Of a DNA stretch of 64,000 bases, positions 36,930 to 46,920 are shown in pieces. The stretch is from the NCBI GenBank assembly GCA_965153285.1, contig OZ229117.1; one strand, written 5' to 3'. How positions within the stretch are numbered: position 1 is the stretch's first letter; each line of letters starts with the position of its first letter. The notes below the pieces were generated by a model, which was not told where the DNA came from, did not search any database, and was given only the letters and a program-made list of their open reading frames with translations. Source of the stretch: Podarcis tiliguerta. Taxonomy: Eukaryota. A program made the position numbers and the translations under genes.

Positions 36930-37520
36930 ATTAGAAATTATATTAGTATAATCAAATACAAAAGACACACACGGGAAATCAGTAAAGAGAGGTGGAGAGA
37001 TAAAAGCCGATGATAATAACTACAATTTGAGGATCTAAGTGGTTTATAAATTTTGGGGAGCGGGAAATTGGACTAGGAATAAAATGTGCCCTTTACACTC
37101 CATAAGAAGGATCTCTTGCAGTGTTGCAAAGGATTCCGAGGCAGATCATATATATAATTTCTAGCCGAAGCTTGTGCAGTTGGGCCGCTCTTGACCGTCT
37201 AAGGAACCTCATTACCTTGTTCACTCTTGTGAAAGAAATATTTACCTCCAGAAGAAAGAGCGCTTTGTCCAATTCGTTTGGCCGGTGATGCTTCTCCCAG
37301 GGGAGGCTGGCGTCTTTATTGTACTCAGATTCCCTTTATTGGTGGACATCGCCCCTTCCCCACCTCTTCCAGCGAGGCTTATCCGACTAATTCCTTGGTT
37401 TGGCACCAACGTTGGGGAAGAGGGGATTGTCTCGGATTTTCTTATTAGAACCAGACCTGAAAGAGGTGAGAACAGCCTTCTTTTCTCCTCCTGGATGGAT
37501 GGCACTTGAGCACAGGCACC
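36930..37520 (-). mobile_element. Putative degenerate non-LTR retrotransposon 3' end (RTE-X/L2-like C-terminus)
   Basis: Frameshifted minus-strand peptides in the expected order: KKAVLTSFRSGSN, PLPQRWC...RCPPIKGI*, LPWEKHHRPNELDKALFLLEVNISFTRVNKVMRFLRRSRAAQ. Confidence 0.45.
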
Positions 37521-37959
37521 AGAGTGCAGAACACTCACCTGGCGCTTTTTCTAAATTGTGTACCTCCATTTATGACTGTATATGATGCTGCAGCAAAACA
37601 TATGGCAAGGGCAAACTAGAAAGCACCGGAGCCCTGCTTCTGGGTCCTTCCCAAGGAAAAGCAGTGGTGATCTTCAAAAGCAGAAATTTCAGGAATGACA
37701 TGGGGTTTGTAGACTGGGCTGCCAGAAGAATTGAAGCCTTTGAGCCTGTTGCGCATCCATATTCTGCCCTGTGATCTTATTAGTATTATCAGGTGATCAG
37801 TCAGGAACCTTACAGTGCACTTCTGTGTGTTCCTTTGCAAGTGGGCTTGTAGTCAGTGCTGTTTAAATCCAGCACCAGATGCAAGCTGCACTGGGTTCTG
37901 TTCCACTTGGGATATCCCAGTTAATTAAAGTTCTAGCACAAGTCTTTAGGGAGGAGCCC

Positions 37960-38140
37960 GGAACATAGGAAGCTGCCATATACAGAGTCGGACCATTGGT
38001 CCATCTAGACCAGCATTGTCTACAATGACAGGCAGCAGCTCCCCAGATTTCGGACAGGGAACAATCACAGTCTTATCTGGAGATGCCGAGGATTAAACCT
38101 GGGAGGGTAGATTCTCTAGCACTGAGCTGCAGCCCTTCCC
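37960..38140 (-). mobile_element. tRNA-Ala-like SINE, same family as 2771-2960
   Basis: GGAACATAGGAAGCTGCC...ACTGAGCTGCAGCCCTTCCC is the reverse complement of the family sequence. Confidence 0.75.
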
Positions 38141-39208
38141 ATAGAATGGAGGGACTTCTTTACATCCCTCCATATTGTGGGGACTGTCCCATTTGTTCCT
38201 ACTCTCTGCTTCCAGTTTCTGATCCAGAAGAGGTCCTTTCCTCTTATTCCATGACTGCTAAGCAAACTCGGGAGGCTTTGGGGAGGAACTTCCATTGAAA
38301 GCCTTTTGGAAGCTCAAGCTCACCTCTTTAGGTGATGCTAAAATCCCAGATTCAGCTTGTGATGAAAAGCCCCAGAGCAAAAGGCAAAGTGGAGTTGGCA
38401 ATGCCCAAACCCTAAATCACTCCTGATTTGCAAAGTTGAGCTGGCAACATGTTGCATCGCGCTCTCTGCCGTGCCCGCCTGGCTTCAGGCACCGTGGGCA
38501 CCTGCCTTTGCCAGCTGGGCACGCCTGGCCCCGCAGGGCCCTCTTTCACCTTGGATAGGATGCTTGAAACCTGTGATTAAAAAGTAGGCAGGCCATATGG
38601 CACATGCACACTTACCTGTGCAATTATGCTCCTCACCCTACAGTGCAAAACTTGGTTAAGTTTTACTGTTAAGCTTCTCTGGCAGTGTTGAGGGCTATGT
38701 AGGCAGCTTGTGGCCTTAGACCAGGGGTGAGGAACTGGGGGCCAAATGCAGTCCCTCCTGGCCTCTCTGCTTAACCCTTGGGGCACCCACCAGGACACCC
38801 TCTCCTCTAGTACTTTTGGCTTGCTGCCATGTAAAGTCTTTTGCAATGAAGACACACCTGTCTTAACGGAAGCACAAAGCCAGACTTGTAACTTTGGTGT
38901 TTCTTCCAGAAGCTCAGTGTGGCAGCTGAAATTATATTTGGGGGAGAATTAAGCAGAGTTTGCATCACATCACATCTAGCATGATTTCCTTTTCTACATA
39001 AATGTGTACATAATCGTCGTCGTCCCCCCCTTCAAACTGGCACTGCCCTGTGCTGGATTACTCAGTAGGCAGACTAGGAACAGCCTTAAGGCACCAGTAA
39101 AGCAGGAGCACAAAACAAAAATGAGAATTTTTGTTGGAAACAATTGGACATTTCAAAAAACAACATTGAGGTAGTCATCATGGGAAAAATAATAACTTTG
39201 TTAGACTT

Positions 39209-39213
<5 letters not shown>

Positions 39214-39243
<30 letters not shown>

Positions 39244-39650
39244 CTACTGCCCTTCATCTGAGGATCACAGGGCAGTTTACAGTTTTAAAACACAATAATT
39301 ATAATTTAATAATAATTTATTATTTATACCCTGCCCATCTGGCTGGGCTTCCCCAGCCACTCTGGGTGGCTTCCAACAAAATATTAAAATACAATAATGC
39401 ATCAGATATTAAAAGCTTCCCTAAACAGGGCTGCATAACATAAGAACAAACAAAGCAATACCCCCTCCCCTGTTTAAAAGGCGGTTGATTGTTTAACAGC
39501 CAAAGTCCTGAGTGAAGAGGAATATTTTCACTTGGCACCTAAAGATATGTAATGAAGGCACCAGGTGAGCCTCCTCAGGGAGAACATTCCACAAAGGGGG
39601 AGCCACCACAGAAAAGGTCCATTCTTGTGTTTCCACCCTCTGAATCTCTC
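39214..39650 (-). mobile_element. L2-like 3' fragments with a (CTT)n tract and a nested shorter L2 tail (about 39310-39433)
   Basis: TTTATACCCTGCCCATCTGGCTGGG...CCACTCTGGGTGGCTTCCAAC is also present inside 54420-54575. Confidence 0.65.
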
Positions 39651-40289
39651 TGTTCTCTTTTTATTATTTATCCCCACCTAAACCAAGGGGGCATCCTACG
39701 AGCATAGACTGAAATAATGCGAGGAAATCAGATCCGGCCATGAATTGCACCAGACATACATGCATGTAAACGTTTTAGCATGCATGTAAGTTTTGTGCCA
39801 TTTCAGAAATAACACTTTGCGGTTCAGTATTGCTTTTATTTTAACTGTCTATGTGGCGGCAGCATAATCTTCTCAGTGCCTAGGACCTCTAAAGGTCTTA
39901 ATCCCTCCCTGGCGCTGCCCCTCTCCATGTCTGCAGCAAAGTTGCTATTCTCTGCGCTCTGAGTTGCTCCATCTCTTGCAGCCTCTTGCTGAAACCAGCA
40001 AGCTTCCCTTGGGCAAATCTGTACTGTAGATGAAGGTGTTTTGTTCCTGGCTGTGTTGTGAGCCAAGCAAAGACCCTTAATTAGCTTGTGTTCCGTTGGC
40101 CTGGAAGCCCACTTGGCCGGCTTCTTACTTCTTCATCCTTTTGTGGCCTCTGATCCAAATCTTCTGAGCGGCTCAAAAGCCAGAGGAAATAGGCTTAGGG
40201 AGAAGCAAGTCAGACTACTGCAGGGCGTTCTGTCTTGAAAGCCAGGAAGAGGACGTGCCATGAGAAAAGCTGCAGCGTTTGGGACTTTT

Positions 40290-40738
40290 GGTTTAGAGAA
40301 AAGGCAAGAAAGAAGTGATACGATGGACGTTTATAAAATGATGCATGGCATGGAGACAATGGGTGGAGAACAGTTTTTTCTCCCTCCCACATAATACTAG
40401 AACTCGTAGACATGAATGTTGGAAGATTCAGGACAGATAGAAGAAAGTATTTCTTCATGCAGCACATAGTGAAACTATGGAACTTGCTGCTACAGAAGAC
40501 AGCGATGGACAACTTTAAAAGAGGACAACTGCATGGAGGAGCTATCAATGGCAACTACCCTGGTGGCTATGCTCTGCCTCCAGAGGTTAAAGCAGTAATA
40601 CTTCTGAAGACCAGTTGCTGGAAATCACAGCTGGGGAGAGTGCTGTTGTGAGTTTCCTGCAGGCATCTGGTTGGCCACTGTGAGGACAGGGTGCTGGACT
40701 CCACAGGCCATTGGCCTGATCCAGCAGGCTCTTCTTAC
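40290..40738 (+). mobile_element. CR1-like LINE 3' fragment
   Basis: Encodes GRFRTDRRKYFFMQHIVKLWNLL (CR1 ORF2 C-terminus) followed by the family 3'UTR. Confidence 0.85.
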
Positions 40739-43700
40739 TTTCCCAGGAGTTGCTTTCCACAGCATTGTCTATTGGCCTCAGCCAGCATGGCCAGGCTCCC
40801 ATCAGCCCCTGCATTACACAGCCATGCCGGCTGGGGCATGTTGTGAAGTTGGCATCCCCAGAAACTGGAGGGCAGCAGACAGGCAAAGGCTGTTGTGTTT
40901 TGCAAGCAGGCGGAATGATGCAATGGGGTCTGGTCGAGATGGGAATGCCCTGATTTGGGCCTCCTGTTGGGGCAAAAGCTATCAGATGAGGAAGAATCTC
41001 GCTTTGGGGGTTTGATGTGGTGGCGGCTGATGAGGTTGGGCTCAGGCAGGATGAGCCCCACCTTGTTTGTGAGAAGCCTTCCAGACAAAGTGGGGAGCAG
41101 GATGGTACAGGATGCCTGGTGTTTGTTCCCAGGCGCTGGCCTTGTGCGAACACCAGGGGCTCTTCAACTTGAGTTAATAATGTGCTTTTAGCCCAGCAGG
41201 GGAGGAGGAAATCTGGCAGCCAAGGCCCCATTTGTGTGTGTGCTCGTCTCAGTACATTTTAATAATAGCACTTCATGAGTGTTTGCTAACAAACTTTGCA
41301 CTCCTAAACTGCAGCGGAGAAGAATTAAGTCTTCCTTTTGTAACAAGGAGAGAGAAGGAAAGTTCATTTTTGTTTTGCCCTGAATTCACATTAGCGGTTT
41401 GGGCACTCTTGGATTGGGGTCCTGAATCTCCCCCTACTTTTTTAGGGCAAAGTAGATGTTGGGTACCTTCTTTGAAGCTCTGCAGCTCATAGCACATGCT
41501 TCACACTCAGAAGATCTTGGAATTCCAGCCCCCAGTCAGGATCTCAAAATCTGGGGAGCCGCTACCACTCCATGCAGAGCAGGGGCTGGGCGGAAAGTAG
41601 AGCTCAGTCTATCGGTAGACTTGAACTAGACGTGACTAAGAGTTTTTGACCAGTGCTAGAAACTCAGATATATAAGCTAGGTGCCTTAAACCAAGGTTAC
41701 AGTCACCAAAACGGAATGTCTAGTTGCCATTTGGGGGGCAAGACAGCTCTAAAGTCTTATTTTTTAAATGATGGACTGACTGTGACATCTGGCTAGTTCA
41801 GATGACAACCTTGAGCTAGGTTAAGAGCTTAAAGAATAAAAGTCACTTGATCCAGGGATAGTCCACATATATCTTGGCCTATTCTGACCTCTTTTTCTTG
41901 ATGGTGACTGCTCCTGCTCAGGCTGCACAGAAAAAGCATTTTGGTTCTGGAAATTCATTCTGATTGTGCAGATAAAATATAACTGATGGAATTCTACAAG
42001 ATGTGGTGGTATTAGTGTGTGAAAACAGTCTAGATCCAATGATCCGAGGCACGCACCTCCAGATGGTGGAAATGTCAGGCACCATCCTGGCACCCAGGCA
42101 TCTTCACTTGGTCACAAGTAGTTGATTCCTTGCTTTTGACTCCTTGTTTAACAAGAGCGGCAACCAAAGGATGCTTTTCATCCAAAGTGGGCTGCTGAAA
42201 TTAAAACAAGGAGTGGGCTCTGGGACTGTGAGCTCATTTCAGTTCTCCAACTGGACATTTCACAAGTCGCAAGAGGAAGGGGTGTAGCTCAGTGACAGAA
42301 CATGCAGAAGATCCCGGGTTCACTCACTGGCAGGATCACGACTGTCTCCTGTCAGAAACTTTGGAGAAGCCACTGCCAGTCAGTGTAGACAACACTAAGT
42401 TCTAAAGTTGGGGTAGCTTTGGGCATTTTGTCTACATATATAATTAGCATTCTGCCAGGACCCAAGACCAGCACCCCTGGGACTCTTGGCTCCATCTCAA
42501 ACCCACTTAGTGTTGGAGATCAGAAGACTTAAGGTGCCTTCAGACCATTGTGGGGGCCTTTGAGGTATTGCCTTCATTGCCTTTTATCTTGCCAATTATA
42601 TCAACTGTTCCTTCCCCCATTTTAGGCCTACCTATACTCATCTTAAATAATTGCAGTTAATAGCCCCTTTATGCCAGCTATCCAGCCCTGTTAGGACTAT
42701 GCATCCATGGCATGAAAATTAGGCATTCCAGGCATGAAACAACTCAAATTTTCTTTCTTTCTCCCCTCATCCTCCCACAAAGGAGCCCTTGGGTGGTAAT
42801 TAAAAAGGACAGGCCACCATTTCCAGCAGTTCTGCCCTCTTAAGAACTGCGGACGGAAGGCTGTTGTTGGAGCTCGTTAATTTTAATTTGGTTAATTTTA
42901 GAGCCGAGTGTGGTTGGAGAGGCATCTGAGCTTGGCGCCGTGGTGGGGGAACCTTGGCTTGTCCCAGCAGCTGTTGCTGTGTTGCGAGGGCATTTATGGT
43001 TAACCGGTTGAATTAAGAAGAGGGGGCTGGAGGGGGTGCTGGGGAAGAAGGGAAGACTAGCAAGGATGCCTGTAAATGGAGAAGGCCATTTTGAACTGCA
43101 GCAGGTGCTTAGGAGGGGGTGGCACCAACCTGGTGGCATCGTATTCTAAAGCAATGTAAGCACCACCTGTCTCTTGCCATCCTCCTCCAGTGATTTAATA
43201 GTTTGCCTGCAGTTAGAAGACCTGTGTCGTGCCCATGGGCCAAAACGGCTACATAGCTTATAACCTTGAGTGCATCAGGTTCTTCAGTAAGAAGCTTTTT
43301 TAACCTAGCCCTACTACTTGGGGAGATTGGAGGCTGGTCCTGGGATCTTTTCAGGACAGATAAAGAAAGTACTTATGCAAGCAGCTCATAGTCAACCTGT
43401 GGAACTCACTCCCACAAGAAGCAGTGCTGGGCACCAACTTGGATGGCTTTAAAAGAACATCAGACCTATTTGTGGAGGAGAGGACTATTGATGGCTACTT
43501 GCCGTGGTGGCTCTGCCCCGCCTCCACACCAGAGACAGCGATACTTCCGGATAACAGTTACTGGAAACTGCAGGAGGGGAGAGGGCTCTTGTGCTCAAAT
43601 CCTGCTTGCTGGTTCCCCACAGTGGTTGGCCATTGTGAGAACAGGATGCAGGCCCTGGTCCAGCAGGCTCTTAGCTTCATCAAGCCGTATCCAGACTAAA

Positions 43701-45712
43701 TGTAACAGGATTGAACTCACGGTGCATGGTTGAGTCATTGGTGGCATGTCTTTCTCCCGCACCTGTGAGTCATGTTGCCACGTGGGGATGAGCAAGCCTG
43801 AGAACTCTGCAGTTAGCAGGGCCGGTGGTGGAAAGCCTCCAGAGGGCAGGACCCAGAGACCTCCCTCAACAAAGCCTTCTTTGGAAACGCACTTGCCTTG
43901 CCCTTCCGTTGGGCTCTCGTGCCTCTTTCCTCCTCTCCTCTGCCGCCTTGTTCTAGCTAGTGATGCTGGCAGCAGGCCGCCCAGCAAGTAAAAAACCTAG
44001 TGAACTGTTCTGTGTAGTTCATGGAAGAAAGCTGCTTTTGTTGTCCCCTCCTTTCCCCCTCACCTCATTGTGAGTCGCTGGAATGTGGAGTTTGAGAAAG
44101 GGCGAAGAGTTAAACCCCAAATGCAACCGCAGCGCCCATGTGACTGGGCTCTCTGGGCTCTTAGCGCCCTAAGACAAATCACATGTGAGGCAGCAGGGAG
44201 GTCAGGTGGCCAACAGTGACCTTCCCAGATCCCTTTTCTACCCCTCCAGGCGCACCTGGGGGCTCCGTCTTCAGAAGGGAGCCAGGAAACGGGAACTCCT
44301 ATGTTCTCAGCCTCCCTGTCCTGGAGGAGCCTGGATTTGGCCTCCAGATCAAAAGGCAGGAAATGAAACGTCCACCGAGACGTCTTCAGAACTAAAATAA
44401 ACGCAGCAAATGTGCTGGAAGTGTCTTCAACAATTGAAGACCACCCCCTCCCCTCCTCTCCCCTTATATATATATTTTCCTGGGCTGTTTCCATTCAAGA
44501 ACGGATGAATAACAGGAACTCCAAATATTTGGACCCTTCCCACAGTCGACAGGGACGTGAGCACTTGAGGGTTTTCTTGGGCGCCTCGGGAACCAGAGGA
44601 ATCCTTTATGTCCTCACCAAGGTGGTGTGTGCATGTGTGTGACCGCAGCACTTCGGTTGAAACTTTGTGCTTCTCTTGCACTGAAAATCCTTGTGGGGCT
44701 GGTGTCTGGGGCTGGGTCCGTCACTCTGCCAGAAGCCGTCTTTGCAATTGCTTCCTAGGAGCTTAAGATGACAAGTGACAGAGTTGCCGCTTGGCTAAGA
44801 TTCTAGCAGGCATTTGGGGTGGCCTGGGACGCTTGGGCGCTTGGGTTCAGTTGCTCGGGGTGCCTTGCGGACATGATCCAGTTTGCATGCCGAAGGCCTC
44901 GGGTTCCCTTTCCAGCAAATCCCAGCATTGAAGGGCAGAGCTCAGGGGCAGATCGTCTGCTCTGCATGCAGAATGTCCTTGGTTCAGTCATAGGCATCTC
45001 CAGGTAGGCCTGGGAATGTTGCCAGTCTGAAAATGCCAGAGAGCTGCTGCCAGTCAGTGTAGGCAGTGCTGTGCTGGATGAACCGGTGGCCTAACTTTGT
45101 TCCTTTTTGTATTGGGGAGAAAATGGTTTCCTTGGTATGGAACATAAGGAGGAAATGGAAGGGCTGCTTTAGGTCAAAACTGTCTTGCTAGCTTGTTGTT
45201 TGGACCCCCTTCTTCCTTGGATGTGGACCAGGGCTGGGGAATCATTTTTCAGCCTGAGGGCCACATTCCCTTCTTTGGCCAGCTTCTGAGGGCCACATGC
45301 CAATGGTGGGCAAAGCCAGGGATAAAGTGGGTGGGGCAACAATGGTGAACTTCACCTTTCTACAGTAGGCTGGTTTCCACACACAAGCATCCCCTCTGTC
45401 CAGGCAAACAAAAGCACTAAGGCAACAGTCAAGCAGAAGATCCTTGGTTCAGTCCCTGGTATCTGCAGGTAAGGCTAGGATAAACTCCTACCAGAATCCT
45501 CTGCCTGCAGCCAGTGTAGAGATAAAATTGAGCTAGGTGATTCTGTATAAGACCCTTTCCTTTTTTCTATAGTGTCCAGCATAAAGCTGCTCACCCATTC
45601 AGAAGAAATGTATTCTTACAGCTTCAGCCATGAAAAGGGCTCATTGAAATGGAGACACTGTATTTGAACACCTTGTGGTTTTTCTCTCCCCCCCCCCCCC
45701 CCCCCGGTGAAG

Positions 45713-45818
45713 ATGGTCCTGGAATCCTGAGCCCTGAACACTCCTTTGATGGCACGAAATTGGAGGTTGGGAACATCGTCCTGGCCTTGTATAGCGGTCT
45801 CTTCGCATATGGAGGCTG
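45713..45818 (+). CDS. SLC7A5: LAT1 exon 3
   Basis: C18-ggtgaag|...|gtgagt, 106 nt. NGPGILSPEHSFDGTKLEVGNIVLALYSGLFAYGGW; phase is consistent with both neighbouring exons. Confidence 0.92.
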
Positions 45819-46534
45819 GTGAGTTCTGTGTTCAAGCATCTTAGGCGCACATCCGCACTTGACATTTAAAGCACTCTTATACCACTTTAACAGCAGCAGC
45901 TTCCCCCTTCCCCAAAGGATCCTGGGAAGTGTAGTTTGCTATGGGTGCTGAGAGTTGCTAGGAGACCCCATTCCCCTTGCAGAGCTACAATTCCCAGAAT
46001 TCCCTGGGAACACAGACTTACTGAAAAGGCCCTGCCTTCCGTTGCTCTCAGTATTCCTTCTGCAGGGGTTGGCACCCAGACCAGGGCCTTCCATACACAT
46101 CTTAATGAATGCGGAGGTTTGTGGAATTTTGGCACACGCATGGCAGGCTTGCCTGACACGGTAAGTCACAGGTAATGAATTACTGCGGACAGCTCCCTCA
46201 TAGCTCCTTCTAGCAGAAGCAGCAGATCACAGTCTGTGGCTCAGCCCCTCATCTGAAGAGGGGACTGCAGTTTTGCTCCAAACAAATCACAATCAGAAGG
46301 CTATGTTCTGTTCTTGGTTCCTCAGTTGTGGTTTATATAGAGAGTAATGCTCCAGGATTGCTAATTCAGGTGCCACTGTTAAGTCCATGGTTTGTTGTTC
46401 CTGTAAGGAGAGGAGCCATCTGTGGGTTTGTGATAAAACAATTACCTGTGGCTTCCTGTGCCACGCAAGTGAGACCAGTGTGTGTGTGTGAGAGACAGAG
46501 AGAGAGAAATATTTCCTAAGCTGCAACCTTGACA

Positions 46535-46653
46535 CTTCTTATCAAATCTAGACTTACTCTCAGAGTAGACCCACTGAAGTCGGTGAACATGGCTAACTTG
46601 GGCTTATTCATTTCAGAGGGTCTACTCTAATTTGATTTAGTTGGATACAATCC
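46535..46653. mobile_element. Short palindromic MITE. Related copies at about 7076-7180 and 15120-15225
   Basis: Inverted arms AGAGTAGACCCACTGAA...TTCAGAGGGTCTACTCT. Confidence 0.7.
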
Positions 46654-46726
46654 TATAATCAAGGGCAGGATGCCTCTTATACCACTCAGCAAGCTGAATT
46701 ACTTTTAAAATCTTTGTCCTTTGCAG

Positions 46727-46771
46727 GAATTACTTGAATTTTGTCACAGAAGAGATGATCAACCCTTACAG
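46727..46771 (+). CDS. SLC7A5: LAT1 exon 4
   Basis: ttgcag|...|gtaagg, 45 nt. (W)NYLNFVTEEMINPY(R). Confidence 0.96.
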
Positions 46772-46787
46772 GTAAGGGGTTTCTTTT

Positions 46788-46920
46788 CATAGAATCATAG
46801 AGTTGGAAGGGACCGTGGGATCGGCTCCAACCCCCTCTAATGCAGGACTCTTCTGGCCCAACATGGGGCTCGAACCCACAACCCTGAGATGAAGAGTCTT
46901 ATGCTCCACCAACTGAGCTA
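46788..46920 (-). mobile_element. tRNA-Lys(CTT)-headed SINE with a CR1-derived tail
   Basis: Minus strand reads TAGCTCAGTTGGTGGAGCATAAGACTCTTCATCTCAGGGTTGTGGGTTCGAGCCCCATGTTGGGC, then ...CCCTTCCAACTCTATGATTCTATG. Confidence 0.85.

Noticed and set aside
37242-37538. KRRLFSP-containing ORF as an endogenous viral fragment (papillomavirus E1-like motif)
   Set aside because: Only a 5-residue resemblance; neighbouring frames fit a degenerate LINE better.
46462-46468. Single AhR XRE (CACGCAA)
   Set aside because: One 7-mer is expected by chance in 64 kb.
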